A DNA stretch of 64,000 bases from an uncultured delta proteobacterium (GCA_963815115.1 CAWFFN010000007.1:640001-704000), one strand, 5' to 3'. Shown: positions 9,395-19,870, counted from the stretch's first letter. The notes: generated by a model from the letters alone, not told the origin. Numbers and translations are program-made.

Positions 9395-10453
9395 ATGAGC
9401 GAGGTGCAGATTCCGGACACGCTGCGAGACGATCTGCGCACGGCCTGGCATCGCTACGTCGACATGCTCGTCCCGCTGCGGCCGGCGCTCCACGGCTACT
9501 GCCGTCGGCTCGCCGGGAACATCTGGGACGCCGAGGACCTGGCGCAGGACACCCTCCTGCGCGCGTTCGGGCACTGGGGCGTCACCTACCCGCCCATCCG
9601 CGATCCCCGCGCCTACCTGCTGCGCACGGCGACCAACGTGTGGATCGACACGCTTCGCCGGCGCGAGACGGAGGCGCGATCTCCAACACCGGGGGCGGAC
9701 GAGCTGCCGGCGCCCGGTGGAGATCCCGCGACCGCTCCCGACCTGCGCGAAGCGGGCTCGCGACTCCTCCAGCGACTCTCGCCCCAGGAGCGCGCCGCCC
9801 TCGTCCTGAAGGAGGTCTTCGACATGACGCTCGAGGAGATCGCCGAGGTACTCACGACGACGACGGGCGCCGTCAAGGCAGCGCTCCACCGCGGGCGCAG
9901 CCGTCTGCGCGAGCCCGAAGGCGCGGCGGCGTCGCGCCGTCCGGTGCCATCGCCCGAGCTGCTCGATCGTTTCATCGAGCGCTGCGAGGCGAAGGACGTT
10001 GCCGGCCTCGTCGCCCTGATGCTCGACGGCGCAATCGCGGAGAACGTCGGCAACTCGTTTCACCTCGGTGTCGACGACCCCTCCGAGGGCACTCCCCACT
10101 TCCTCCACAAGGTCGTGCACGGGCACGACGAGTGGCCGCCGCAGACGCGACCGGACGCGGAACGCCTCGAGCGCGGCGAGCTCGAGGGCGAGCCCATCCT
10201 GTTGCGGTTCGCGACCCGGTGGGGCAGCGAGGCGCTCGAGGTGGTGTTCCGGTTCGAGGAGCAGGACGGACGCGTCGCGCACCTGCGTGCCTACGGCTTC
10301 TGTCCGGAGACGATCCGGGCGGTCGGCGACGCGCTCGGGCTCGCCGTACGGACCGGGCTGTATCGCGCTCCGACGCCCGCGCCCGGTGCCACCTGGCCCG
10401 ACCCCGAGCCGCCTGCCAGGCCGGTTCCTGGAGGGCGAGGCTGGCGCTCCTAG
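9395..10453 (+). CDS. ECF sigma-70 factor with C-terminal SnoaL-like extension
   Basis: DAEDLAQDTLLRA (region 2), LSPQERAALVLKEVF...EEIAEVL...AVKAALHRGR (region 4), ~150-aa extension. Confidence 0.88.
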   Translation: MSEVQIPDTLRDDLRTAWHRYVDMLVPLRPALHGYCRRLAGNIWDAEDLAQDTLLRAFGHWGVTYPPIRDPRAYLLRTATNVWIDTLRRRETEARSPTPGADELPAPGGDPATAPDLREAGSRLLQRLSPQERAALVLKEVFDMTLEEIAEVLTTTTGAVKAALHRGRSRLREPEGAAASRRPVPSPELLDRFIERCEAKDVAGLVALMLDGAIAENVGNSFHLGVDDPSEGTPHFLHKVVHGHDEWPPQTRPDAERLERGELEGEPILLRFATRWGSEALEVVFRFEEQDGRVAHLRAYGFCPETIRAVGDALGLAVRTGLYRAPTPAPGATWPDPEPPARPVPGGRGWRS

Positions 10454-13020
10454 TCCGGACTCTGCTGGCGGGCCTCGAGTCGGGCGGCGACGCGCGCCGG
10501 GACGTAGCCTGCCGCGGCGGCGATCAACGCCGCCCCCAGCACGCCGGCCGCCACCGACCATCCCGGGAGCACGAAGGGAATCCGCCAGCCGGTCAGCAGT
10601 CGCATCGTCACCACGACGAACTGGAAGCACAGCATGCCGCCCAGCGCGACACCGAGCAGCCCGCCGAGCGCTCCGAGGGCGCCGCATTCGAGCAGCACGG
10701 CGCGAGACAGATCCTGGCGGGACACGCCGATGGTCCGCAGCATCGCGATCTCCGTCGAGCGGTCGGCGACGGTCGCGAGCTGCGAGTTGATGACCCCGAT
10801 CACCCCGACCAGGAGCGCGACCAGCTCGAGTCCCCAGGTGGCGAGGAAGAAGCGCCGGATGACCACCTGCACCGCCTCGAGGAACTGTCGCGCCGTGATG
10901 GCGTAGTAGCCGGGACCGAGACGCTCCGCCACGGCGGCACGCACGGCGGACGCGGACGCGCCGGGCGCGAGCCAGATGCGGAAGAGGTTCGCCGAGCGGT
11001 CGTGCCACACCGTCGCCAGCTGCCGGTCGCTCACGGCGACCGCGCCGAGATCGAGCGAGCCCAGGTAGTCGACGAACGTGCCCTCGATGCGAAACGTCCG
11101 CGTGCCGTCCGGCGTCGGGAGCGTGACCCGGCCGCCGCGATGCAGGCCGAGGCGGAAGGCGAGGTTGTCGCTCACCAGCACCCCCGTCCCATCGAGGAGC
11201 GCGGGAGCGGCGGTGACGAGATCGCCCTCGACCATGTCGAGGCCGCCGTGCGCCAGCCGGTCGGCCACCGAGATGCCCTGGAGAAACACGGGGCGCTTCT
11301 CCAGCTCGAGCGGCAGGACACGGAACGGCTCGACGCTCGCCACACCCGGCACGCTCGCCAGCCGATCGCGCAGCTCCGGCGCCATTGCCGGCCCGGGGAG
11401 CAAGCGGAAGCGCGCACCGGCCCCGACGAAGAGATCGGCACCGAAGTGCTGCTCGATCCAGCCCGACCACGCCCCCTCGAAGCTCCGTACCAGCCCCGCG
11501 ATGCTGACCGAGAACCCGAACGCCGCCGCGATCGTCGCGATCGTGATGCCCGCACGCCCGGGACGGCGAGGCAGGTTGTCGCCGGCGAGCCGGACGGGAA
11601 GCGACTGCGAGCGCGCCAACAGACCCCGCAACCCCGCTCCGACCGCCGACACGATCGACGGTGCGAGCAGCGCGCCACCGCAATATGCGACCAGCTGCGA
11701 AGCCACGAAGATCCCGATCACCAGCCAGCCGAGTCGCGGATCGGCCAGCGCGACCAGCCAGGTCGAGGCAATCATCAGCAGGCCCGCCACCACCACACCG
11801 GGCCGCCGCTTCCTTTCCGTCTCCACCGCCGCCGGGCGCAGCGCCTCGACGATCGAGGTCGCGAAGGTCGTCCGGACCGCCAGCAACGCCGCCACCAGCG
11901 CGACGCCGACGCCGACCAGCGCGCCCGCCAGCAACCCGCGCAGCGAATGCGCCTGCCTGCCGACGTGCACCCGGAGCCAGATCTCCGACGCGGCGCTGCC
12001 GACCAGCCCGGACGCGAGCGTGCCGAGCAACCGTCCCCCGACGGCTCCGCCGAGCACGCCGAGCAGCGCCAGACCGGCGGTCTCGACGAGACAGAGACGC
12101 ACCAGCGTCGAGCGCTCGATGCCGACCGCGTTCAGGAGCGCGAACTGGCGGCGGCGCTGCTGCACGGAGAGCACGACCGCGTGGTACACGATGAACGCCC
12201 CGACGATGCTGGCGAGCGAGGCGGCTGCCAGCAGCATGCTCCGCAGCGTGAAGAGCAGCTTGTCGACCTGCGCACCGCGCGCCTCGGGCGGCGCCACCTC
12301 GATGCCGGGGCCGAGCGCCGTCGCGAGCCGGGTGCGCACGTCGTCGACGGCGGCGCCCGGCTCGAGCACGATGGCGATACGGTCGACGCCTCCCTCGCGG
12401 CCGAGCAGGTGCTGCGCCGCCGGCAGGTCCATCACGGCAATCGCTCCGTCGAACAGCCTCGCGGGCGGCACGTCCCCGAGCAGCCCACGGACGCGGAGAG
12501 CCACGGCGCCGCGTGGTGCCGCCAGCCGCAGCTCGCCGTCGAGGCCGACTCCGATGCGCGTGGCGAATGCGCGGCCGAGCATGACCGAGTCGAGCCGCGA
12601 GACGAACAGGAGCTCGTCGGGAATGTCGATCCGGTCTCTCGGCAGCTGCGCGCGCCAGACCGACGATCCGAGGAAGTCCATCCCGAGGACGTACAGGGTC
12701 TCGCTCGGACGGTCGGCGAGACCGACGAAGGCCTCCACCAGCCCGGCCGCCTCCCGGACGCCGCGCACCCTGCCCGCCACCGCCACCAGACCCTCGTCGA
12801 CCTGCCCCGCGGGGCTCGTGATCTCGAGCTCGCTCTCGCCCGCCACCGTGTCCACCATGTCGCGGAACGACGCGAGCACCGAGGAGCTGATGTCGGAGAC
12901 GGCGACGATGGTCCCCACGCCGAGCGCGACGCCGATCACCGTGAGGAGGGTGCGCACCCAGTGAGCGGCCCAGTGCGGCACGGTCACCTTGCGCAGCAGC
13001 TGGAACAGGAACGAGCTCAT
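10450..13020 (-). CDS. ABC transporter permease with tandem MacB-PCD/FtsX domains
   Basis: RTLLTVIGVALGV; two FtsX motifs (QRRRQFALLNAVG, DRSTEIAMLRTIG); ATGA overlap with upstream gene. Confidence 0.9.
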   Translation of the reverse strand: MSSFLFQLLRKVTVPHWAAHWVRTLLTVIGVALGVGTIVAVSDISSSVLASFRDMVDTVAGESELEITSPAGQVDEGLVAVAGRVRGVREAAGLVEAFVGLADRPSETLYVLGMDFLGSSVWRAQLPRDRIDIPDELLFVSRLDSVMLGRAFATRIGVGLDGELRLAAPRGAVALRVRGLLGDVPPARLFDGAIAVMDLPAAQHLLGREGGVDRIAIVLEPGAAVDDVRTRLATALGPGIEVAPPEARGAQVDKLLFTLRSMLLAAASLASIVGAFIVYHAVVLSVQQRRRQFALLNAVGIERSTLVRLCLVETAGLALLGVLGGAVGGRLLGTLASGLVGSAASEIWLRVHVGRQAHSLRGLLAGALVGVGVALVAALLAVRTTFATSIVEALRPAAVETERKRRPGVVVAGLLMIASTWLVALADPRLGWLVIGIFVASQLVAYCGGALLAPSIVSAVGAGLRGLLARSQSLPVRLAGDNLPRRPGRAGITIATIAAAFGFSVSIAGLVRSFEGAWSGWIEQHFGADLFVGAGARFRLLPGPAMAPELRDRLASVPGVASVEPFRVLPLELEKRPVFLQGISVADRLAHGGLDMVEGDLVTAAPALLDGTGVLVSDNLAFRLGLHRGGRVTLPTPDGTRTFRIEGTFVDYLGSLDLGAVAVSDRQLATVWHDRSANLFRIWLAPGASASAVRAAVAERLGPGYYAITARQFLEAVQVVIRRFFLATWGLELVALLVGVIGVINSQLATVADRSTEIAMLRTIGVSRQDLSRAVLLECGALGALGGLLGVALGGMLCFQFVVVTMRLLTGWRIPFVLPGWSVAAGVLGAALIAAAAGYVPARVAARLEARQQSPD

Positions 13021-13709
13021 TCGCCGAAGCGTCGATCCTGCGCCGCGTACCACTCGAGCGCGTCACGGAACTCGGCCCGGGTCAGCTCCGCCCAGAGCGT
13101 GTCGAGGAAGCACAGCTCCGCGTAGGCGGTCTGCAGCGGGAGGAACCCGCTCAGCCGCCGCTGCCCTCCCGTCCGCAGCAGGAGGTCGATCGGCGGAATG
13201 TCCGCGGAGAGCAGGAAGCGCTCTGGCGCTCGTCCGACCGCTTCCTCTCCGTGACGTGGAACGGCCGCGGCGACGGCCGCGAGATCGTCACGACCCGAGT
13301 ACCCCTTGCCTACGTGAACCACGAGTGACGCCGCTGCCGGCTCCGTCTGCGTTCCATCGTGCCGGAGCCGCGGCTCCTCACATGCCATCCGCTCGTCCCC
13401 GTGGCCGAAGATCCGCAGCTCGACCCCGGGGATGGCACGTGATTCCGTGCAGAACCAGTCCACCGCGGCGCGGATCGCGCGCGCCTCCTCGTCAGGCCGG
13501 AGGGCCAGGTTGTCGGCGGACGACCCGAATCCCGACAGGTGCTCGATGCCGGCATCGAGGCACCAGCGGACGAACTCGAGCGCCATGCGCGCGCCCGCCA
13601 TGTACCCCTCCGCGGGCGGCAGCGCGTGCTTCCGCGCGTAGCGCCGGTTCCCGTCCGGGATCACGGCGATGTGCCTGGGGACAGCCGTCAGCGAGCGCGC
13701 CTCGGACAT
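13017..13709 (-). CDS. cis-prenyltransferase (UppS-family), divergent
   Basis: HIAVIPDGNRRYA, YSGRDDL, IDLLLRTGGQRRLSGFLPLQTAYAEL, RRFG. Confidence 0.88.
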   Translation of the reverse strand: MSEARSLTAVPRHIAVIPDGNRRYARKHALPPAEGYMAGARMALEFVRWCLDAGIEHLSGFGSSADNLALRPDEEARAIRAAVDWFCTESRAIPGVELRIFGHGDERMACEEPRLRHDGTQTEPAAASLVVHVGKGYSGRDDLAAVAAAVPRHGEEAVGRAPERFLLSADIPPIDLLLRTGGQRRLSGFLPLQTAYAELCFLDTLWAELTRAEFRDALEWYAAQDRRFGE

Positions 13710-13721
13710 CCGGCAGACCGC

Positions 13722-14483
13722 CTACTCGCCCTGGCGAGGGGGGACCAGACGCAGCCGGCCGACGTCGGCAGATGCCGGCGTCGGCTCGGCGTTCTTCACG
13801 CCTTCGGCGAGTATGCCGTCGCGGATGACCAGCACCCGATCCATCGCCGCGGCCGCCAGGTACGAATGTGTCACCAGGACGATCGACAGACCGAAGCTCT
13901 CCGTCGCCCGGTGCAGCAGGCTCAGGATCTCGTCGCCCGCCGCGCTGTCGAGGTTTCCCGTCGGCTCGTCGGCGAGCAGGAGACGCGGCCGCATGGCGAG
14001 CGCGCGCGCAATCGCCACCCGCTGCTGCTCGCCGCCCGACAGCTCGCTCGGCCGGTGCTCCGCGCGATGCGCGAGACCGACCGCGGCCAGCATCCTGGCG
14101 GCGCGCTCGTCGACGTCGCGTCGCGGCAGGTGCTCGGCCATCAGCGGTAGCCCGACGTTGTCGCGCGCGGACATCGTCGGCAGCAGGTTGAAGAACTGGA
14201 ACACGAAGCCGATGTGACGCCGGCGGAACGCGGTCGCTTCGTCCGGACCCATGTCGCTCAGGCGCTGGCCGTCGACGAACACGTGGCCGGCCGTCGGACG
14301 GTCGAGCCCCGCGACGATGTTGAGCAGCGTCGTCTTGCCCGAGCCGCTCGGTCCCATGATCGCGACCGAGCCGCCTTCCTGTACACTGAACGAGACGTCG
14401 CTCAGCGCCCGAACCTCGCTGTCGCCGCGCCGGTAGGAACGCGAAACGGCCTGGATCTCCAGTACTGCGCGCGCCGTAGGCAT
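13722..14483 (-). CDS. ABC transporter ATP-binding protein (LolD/MacB-like)
   Basis: GPSGSGKT, IGFVFQFFNL, LSGGEQQRV, LLADEPTGNLD, VTH. Confidence 0.96.
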   Translation of the reverse strand: MPTARAVLEIQAVSRSYRRGDSEVRALSDVSFSVQEGGSVAIMGPSGSGKTTLLNIVAGLDRPTAGHVFVDGQRLSDMGPDEATAFRRRHIGFVFQFFNLLPTMSARDNVGLPLMAEHLPRRDVDERAARMLAAVGLAHRAEHRPSELSGGEQQRVAIARALAMRPRLLLADEPTGNLDSAAGDEILSLLHRATESFGLSIVLVTHSYLAAAAMDRVLVIRDGILAEGVKNAEPTPASADVGRLRLVPPRQGE

Positions 14484-14577
14484 CAGCTGCGGCCGCGTCG
14501 CTCCGGGCGCGTCCGCACGTCGCGTGTAGTATGCCCCGCGCTACAGCGTCAAGCGCCGGCGCGTCAGGGCGGGTCGC

Positions 14578-15207
14578 TCAGGGCGTGGCCCGGTGCACCG
14601 TCTCGCGTAACGCGCCGCGTGGTTCGATCGTCACCTCCCGTGCCGCCGGCTCCTCCGCGGTCGCGCCGCCGCTGCGCGTCGACCAGATCTTCAGGTCGTT
14701 CCGCAGGTCCTCGAGGAAGGCCAGATCCGCCGCCAGATGCCTCAGTTGCCGGGACAGCAAGACACGTAGCGGTTCGTACCCCCCGCCCTGGTCCTCGCTG
14801 GCGGCGGCGTCGACGGCGACACGATGCTGGCGCGCCAGCTCCTGGCTGCGCACCCAGAGCTCCTCGTGCCAACGATCGAGCAGGCGCTCCCGATCGCGAA
14901 CCGGCACCCGACCGACGAAGAGCAGCCAACCGGCCAGGTCCCCGTCGCTCATGGGCGGCGAGAGGAGCCAGCGGTCGAAGCCGGTCCTGCCCTTCTCCGT
15001 GATGTGATAGGGGATGCGGCGCGTGTCGGCGTCGGGTGGATTGAGCCCCGTCTCCACGAGCCCGTGGGTCTGGAGCCGTCCCAGCTCGCGGTAAAAGTTG
15101 CCGGGACTCGCCGGGGCGCCGGAGTGAAGCCGGAATGCAGTCATCAGCTCGTAGCCGTGATGCATTTGGCCGTCACGTAAAAGCCCGAGAATGACGTGCC
15201 AGAGCAT
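14578..15207 (-). CDS. PadR family transcriptional regulator
   Basis: ILGLL...HGYEL...PGNFYRELGRL...RRIPYHITEKG; AGGAGG RBS before ATG at 15207. Confidence 0.88.
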   Translation of the reverse strand: MLWHVILGLLRDGQMHHGYELMTAFRLHSGAPASPGNFYRELGRLQTHGLVETGLNPPDADTRRIPYHITEKGRTGFDRWLLSPPMSDGDLAGWLLFVGRVPVRDRERLLDRWHEELWVRSQELARQHRVAVDAAASEDQGGGYEPLRVLLSRQLRHLAADLAFLEDLRNDLKIWSTRSGGATAEEPAAREVTIEPRGALRETVHRATP

Positions 15208-15265
15208 GGTCCCCCTCCTCACTCGCCCATCGATTCCGCTGATCGATAGGAGGCACCTGTCCCCG

Positions 15266-15287
15266 ATGTCAAGATGAATCTTAACAT
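15266..15287. promoter_or_regulatory. Inverted-repeat operator in the divergent padR/lipoprotein intergenic region
   Basis: ATGTCAAGAT-GA-ATCTTAACAT (9/10 arm match), overlapping a minus-strand TTGACA. Confidence 0.6.
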
Positions 15288-15309
15288 GTCCCCTCAAATC
15301 GTCTAGTCC

Positions 15310-15927
15310 ATGTGTGGCATCGATCTGCGGTGGCTACGACTGTCGGGCCTGGTCCTGGGGGTGTCCATCGCGCTCCCGGGATGCGGCACGATGCGCGCAG
15401 TCGACGCCCTGCGCCACGTCGACTTCGTGCTCGATCGAGTGACCGGGGTGCGGGTCGCCGGAATGCCGATCCAGGACGTTCGCTCACCGGACGACCTGAC
15501 GACGGCTCAGGGCGCCAGGCTGGCGGCCGCCGTCCTCGGCGGCGACCTGCCGGTGGATTGCGACGTCATCGTCCGGGCGACCAACCCGGCCTCGAACCCC
15601 GTCGCCGCCGACCTGCTCCGCATGAACTGGACGCTCCTCCTCGACGGCCGCAAGGCCGCCGCGGGCGTGCTCGATCGGCGCTACACCATCGCACCCGGCC
15701 AGGCGGTCGAGATTCCAGTGCACGTCGCGCTCGACTTCGGCGACCTGCTGCGCCACCACGGACCGAACCTCATGCGCCTGGCACTCGCGCTGGCCGGCGA
15801 GACCTCGAATCCGGTCGACGTGAGCCTCCGCGTCGTGCCGCTGGTCGACACCCCGTTCGGGACGATGCGGTTCCCCACGCCCATCACGATCGTGCGACGC
15901 ACGGTCGGAGCCGAGCGCTCTCGCTGA
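15310..15927 (+). CDS. LEA type 2 (WHy-like) lipoprotein
   Basis: Hydrophobic leader with LPGC lipobox; NPASN motif; beta-rich pattern. Confidence 0.65.
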   Translation: MCGIDLRWLRLSGLVLGVSIALPGCGTMRAVDALRHVDFVLDRVTGVRVAGMPIQDVRSPDDLTTAQGARLAAAVLGGDLPVDCDVIVRATNPASNPVAADLLRMNWTLLLDGRKAAAGVLDRRYTIAPGQAVEIPVHVALDFGDLLRHHGPNLMRLALALAGETSNPVDVSLRVVPLVDTPFGTMRFPTPITIVRRTVGAERSR

Positions 15928-16036
15928 GCCTTCCGCGGCGTTCAGCACGCGCCGCCGCGCACGTGCCTCGTCGTCGTCGCGTGCTCGACGGATCGTTCCC
16001 ATGTGATATGCGGCTCGCAGGACCCGGGAACCCGAG

Positions 16037-17011
16037 GTGAACGTACCCGTCGCCCCAGGGCCGAACCCGCGGCCGCCGATCGTCGTCACCGACCACCTGA
16101 GCCGTCGATTCGGCGAGCTCGAGGCCGTCAGCGACCTGTCGCTGCAGGTCGAGCGCGGGCAGATCTTCGGCTTCCTCGGTCCCAACGGCGCCGGCAAGAC
16201 GACCACCATCAAGATGCTCTGCGGTCTCCTCCCGCCGACGAGCGGGCAAGCGTCGGTCGCCGGCCACGACATCGAGCGCGAGCGCGACCGGATCAAGCGG
16301 GAGACCGGCTACATGGCCCAGACGTTCTCGCTCTACCCGGACCTCACCGTGGAGGAGAACTTCCGCTTCTTCGGCGGCGCCTACGGAGTCTACGGCCAGG
16401 CCGCCACTCGCCGGATGGAGACGCTCTTCGCCCAGGTCGAGCTCGAGGACCTCCGCAGGGTGCAGGCCGGGCGCCTGTCCGGCGGCATGAAGCAGCGGCT
16501 CGCCCTCGCCTGTGCCCTGGTGCACGAGCCGGAGCTGGTCTTCCTCGACGAGCCCACCGCGGGCGTCGATCCCGCCAACCGCCAGCGCCTGTGGGACTTC
16601 CTCTACGCGCTGTGCGAGGGCGGGACGTCGCTCTTCATCACCACGCACTACCTCGACGAGGCCGAACGCTGCCATGCCGTCGGCTTCATGCTCGAGGGCC
16701 GGCTGATCGGCCACGGCGAGCCCCGCGTCCTGCGCGAGCAGCTGCGTGATCGGCTCGTCGGGGTCGAGGTGTGGCGAGCGGTCGACGCGATGCGCGCGCT
16801 GCGCATGCTCCCCGGAGTGGAGGACGTCACCATCCACGGGCGCGAGCTGCGCGTCCGCTTCGATCGCCGGGTCGACTGGCGTGCCATGGAAGGCCCGTTG
16901 CGCGAGACGGCGGTGCGGGCGGGAGTGCCGCTCGACCAGGTATACCCGCTCGATCCCACCCTCGAGGACCTGTTCCTGAGCTACGAGCGCCAGCACTCCG
17001 GGCGGGCATGA
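16037..17011 (+). CDS. ABC-2 type exporter ATP-binding protein
   Basis: GPNGAGKTT, LSGGMKQR, FLDEPTAGVDP, TTHYLDEA. Confidence 0.95.
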   Translation: MNVPVAPGPNPRPPIVVTDHLSRRFGELEAVSDLSLQVERGQIFGFLGPNGAGKTTTIKMLCGLLPPTSGQASVAGHDIERERDRIKRETGYMAQTFSLYPDLTVEENFRFFGGAYGVYGQAATRRMETLFAQVELEDLRRVQAGRLSGGMKQRLALACALVHEPELVFLDEPTAGVDPANRQRLWDFLYALCEGGTSLFITTHYLDEAERCHAVGFMLEGRLIGHGEPRVLREQLRDRLVGVEVWRAVDAMRALRMLPGVEDVTIHGRELRVRFDRRVDWRAMEGPLRETAVRAGVPLDQVYPLDPTLEDLFLSYERQHSGRA

Positions 17012-18177
17012 TCCGGAACGTCTACCAACTCGCCCTGAAGGAGTTCCTGCATCTGGTGCGCGACCGGCGCACGCTCGCCTTTCTCATCTTCATCCCCACC
17101 GTCCTCACCGTCATCTTCGGGTACGCCATCGGCAACCCCCGTGTCACGGGCGTCCGGACCCGCGTCCTCGACCTCGACGGCGGCCGCATCGCCTACGAGT
17201 ACGTCACCGCGATCGAGGACAGCCTCACCTTCAAGCCGGACGTCCGCGAGCACGCGACCGAGGGGGACGTCGCACAGGCCGAGGACGACCTGCTGCACGA
17301 TCGCATCAATGCCTTCGTCGTCCTTCCGCCCGGGCTCAGCCGCGCCCTCGACGACGGCCGCAGCGCGACCGTGCGCCTGGTGGTCGATGGCTCGGACACC
17401 TTCATGGCGCCCTCCGTGCACGGCGAGCTCGCCAAGACCACCGTGACGCAGAACACCTTCGTGGTGGCCAACATGCTCGAGCGCGAGGGCAAGGCGCGCA
17501 CCATCGAGGACGGCCTCACCCAGGCCGCGCCCATCCAGCTCGACACGACGTTTCGCTTCAACCCCGATCTGAAGAGCCAGAACTTCGTCATGCCGGGCGT
17601 CATCGGGCTCATCCTGCAGCTGCTCGCCGTCATCGTGATGGCGACCTCGATCGCGCGCGAACGCGAACGCGGCACCTTGGAGCAGCTCGCCGTCACGCCG
17701 CTGAGGCCGGCGGAGATCTTCATCGGCAAGCTCGTTCCCTACTTCGTCCTCGCGGTGCTCGACACGGTGAACGCCATGCTGGTGGCACGCTTCCTGTTCG
17801 GGGTCTCCCTCGCCGGGCACTACCCGGTCGTGGTGACCCTGCTCGTGGTCTTCATCCTGAGCTCGCTCGGGATCGGCCAGCTCATCTCGACGGTGTCGAA
17901 GAACCAGGGTCAGGCCGTCCTGCTCGCGGTCTTCTACATCATGCCGGCCTTCGTGCTCTCCGGAGCCTTCACTCCCATCGAGACGCAGCCCCAGAATGTC
18001 CGCCCGGCCTCGCTCCTCTTCCCGCTCACCTACTTCTGCCACGGCTTCCGCGCGGCGATCCTGCGCCAGGCGTCCTTCGCGGACGTCCGCGTCGATCTGC
18101 TCGCGTTGACGGCGTTCGTCCTCGTGACCTTCGGCGCATCGGTGCTGCTGCTGCGGATGCGACCGGACGTCCGCTGA
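17008..18177 (+). CDS. ABC-2 type exporter permease
   Basis: KEFLHLVRDRRTL, ARERERGTLEQLAVTP, LSGAFTPIE; ATGA overlap with the ATPase. Confidence 0.93.
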   Translation: MIRNVYQLALKEFLHLVRDRRTLAFLIFIPTVLTVIFGYAIGNPRVTGVRTRVLDLDGGRIAYEYVTAIEDSLTFKPDVREHATEGDVAQAEDDLLHDRINAFVVLPPGLSRALDDGRSATVRLVVDGSDTFMAPSVHGELAKTTVTQNTFVVANMLEREGKARTIEDGLTQAAPIQLDTTFRFNPDLKSQNFVMPGVIGLILQLLAVIVMATSIARERERGTLEQLAVTPLRPAEIFIGKLVPYFVLAVLDTVNAMLVARFLFGVSLAGHYPVVVTLLVVFILSSLGIGQLISTVSKNQGQAVLLAVFYIMPAFVLSGAFTPIETQPQNVRPASLLFPLTYFCHGFRAAILRQASFADVRVDLLALTAFVLVTFGASVLLLRMRPDVR

Positions 18178-18197
18178 GCTCGCGACCCGAGACGGCG

Positions 18198-18698
18198 TCA
18201 CTCCAAGGAGACGCCGGTGACCGCGAACCACTTCTCCTCGCTGCCGGCGATGACGAAGACGATGGGCGCGACGCACTCCCCGGGGAGCTGGAGCTGCGCG
18301 TCGATGTCGGCGTTGCCCGAGGGGGTGGCCGGGAACCCGGCGGTCGTGATGTTCATCGTGACGATCTGCCCGCTCTCTTCCACCAGGCAGCTCAGGACCG
18401 CGCGGAACTGATCCTCGTCGTTCTTTCCCCGGAGCTCCGGCGGCACCTCGGGATCGTCGGTGAACACGAGGCCGCGCACCCGGATGCGCAGGTGGCCACG
18501 ATTGGTGAGCCGGCCGGAGACTCCGGCGATCCTCCAGGGCAGCTCGTCGCCGATCAGATCGCGGATCGGATTGGCGCCGACGAACGCCTCGTCCACGCCG
18601 TACATGGTGTGGAAATCCATCACCACGCGGTTGCGATCCTTGGCGTGTGCCGCACTCACGGTGACCAGCAGGCAGAGCAACATGACGACCTTCTTCAT
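18198..18698 (-). CDS. Secreted hypothetical protein
   Basis: GGGAGG RBS; signal peptide MKKVVMLLCLLVTVSAAHA; coding-like composition. Confidence 0.75.
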   Translation of the reverse strand: MKKVVMLLCLLVTVSAAHAKDRNRVVMDFHTMYGVDEAFVGANPIRDLIGDELPWRIAGVSGRLTNRGHLRIRVRGLVFTDDPEVPPELRGKNDEDQFRAVLSCLVEESGQIVTMNITTAGFPATPSGNADIDAQLQLPGECVAPIVFVIAGSEEKWFAVTGVSLE

Positions 18699-19016
18699 CA
18701 GGCGTTCCTCCCGTTTGGATGGCGGTATGCGGATCGGACCCCTCGATCGCCGGTCAGAGGACGCGCGGCTCCGGCGGACTCCGCGCCCGGTGCGGAACCG
18801 GTGGCAGCGCCGTCGATCGTGTCGTCGGGACGTCGAGCATTCTTCGCCCGCGCAACCTCGTCCTGGCGTCCGCACGTCGACGCTCGGTGCAACCGCCACC
18901 CTCCGATTCGCCCCGCGTGGGACACCGGAGCCCTGCGTACGCCTCGACTCAGCTATGAGCGCCGCCAGAATGGTGTCAAGCCGCGATCTGCGATCGTCAC
19001 GGACGCCGGGAGGTGG

Positions 19017-19829
19017 CTACTCATGTCCGGATTGCCTGTCCGGATACCGGCTTGGTGGCACGCCGAACTCGGCGCGGAAGGTCCGGATGAAGTTCGACAG
19101 ATCCTCGAAGCCGACGTCGAGTGCGATGCTCGTGACCGGATCGCGCCGCGTCGCGAGCCGCCGCGCGGCCGCGCGCAGGCGAGCCCGCAGGAGCCACTGG
19201 TGGGGCGTGACCCCGGTCACGGCCCTGAACGTGCGGAGGAAATGGTACGGGCTCAGACCCGCGGTGTGCGCGAGCTCCGCCAGCGTGTGGCGCTCGTCGA
19301 TGCGAGCCTCCAGCCGACGGAGCACGCCGGCGATCCGGGCGCGATGCGACCGCACGGTGCTGGTCGGGTCCCGGCGCCGATCGTCGATCCCCCGGACGCC
19401 GGCGGCGGCGAGCTCCAGCGCGATCTCTTCCAGCGAGTCATGCCGTTCCATCGGGACGCGATCGCGATCGAAGGCACAGCGCGGCGCTCCGGCGTCGTGC
19501 GCGAGCCGCTCGAACAGGTCCGGATCGAACTGGAACGAGAGACACCGATCGCCCTCGCCGTGCTCGTGCGAGCATTCGAACGCCTGCCCGGCGTTTCCCA
19601 GGACGACGGCGCCGGACGACATCAGCGAGGAGCCGCGATCGGTGCGGTAGACGAAGGCTCCCGACAGCACGAGCGAGATGGTGACCGCCGCCTGTCGTTC
19701 CTCGAAGGGACGATCCCGGGGTCCCGACGTGCAGACCATGTCGACGACCTGCCACCCCTCGCCCGCCGCCACGACGGTGCCCGTGTTGGCGCCCTTCTCG
19801 CCCCGGTGCGCCTTGCGGCGGAGGGCCAT
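19017..19829 (-). CDS. AraC family transcriptional regulator
   Basis: LAELAHTAGLSPYHFLRTF...IALDVGFEDLSNFIRTFRAEFGVPPSRY; start uncertain. Confidence 0.9.
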   Translation of the reverse strand: MALRRKAHRGEKGANTGTVVAAGEGWQVVDMVCTSGPRDRPFEERQAAVTISLVLSGAFVYRTDRGSSLMSSGAVVLGNAGQAFECSHEHGEGDRCLSFQFDPDLFERLAHDAGAPRCAFDRDRVPMERHDSLEEIALELAAAGVRGIDDRRRDPTSTVRSHRARIAGVLRRLEARIDERHTLAELAHTAGLSPYHFLRTFRAVTGVTPHQWLLRARLRAAARRLATRRDPVTSIALDVGFEDLSNFIRTFRAEFGVPPSRYPDRQSGHE

Positions 19830-19870
19830 CGCGAGCGGATCCGGGGTGGATGTGTGCGGCCAGTGCACGT

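Noticed and set aside
18880-18980. Possible c-di-GMP-I riboswitch-like leader on the minus strand
   Set aside because: Only loose resemblance (ACGCAGGGCTCCGG...GGTTGCACCGA); lacks the GCAAA and GNRA tetraloop elements; needs an Rfam scan
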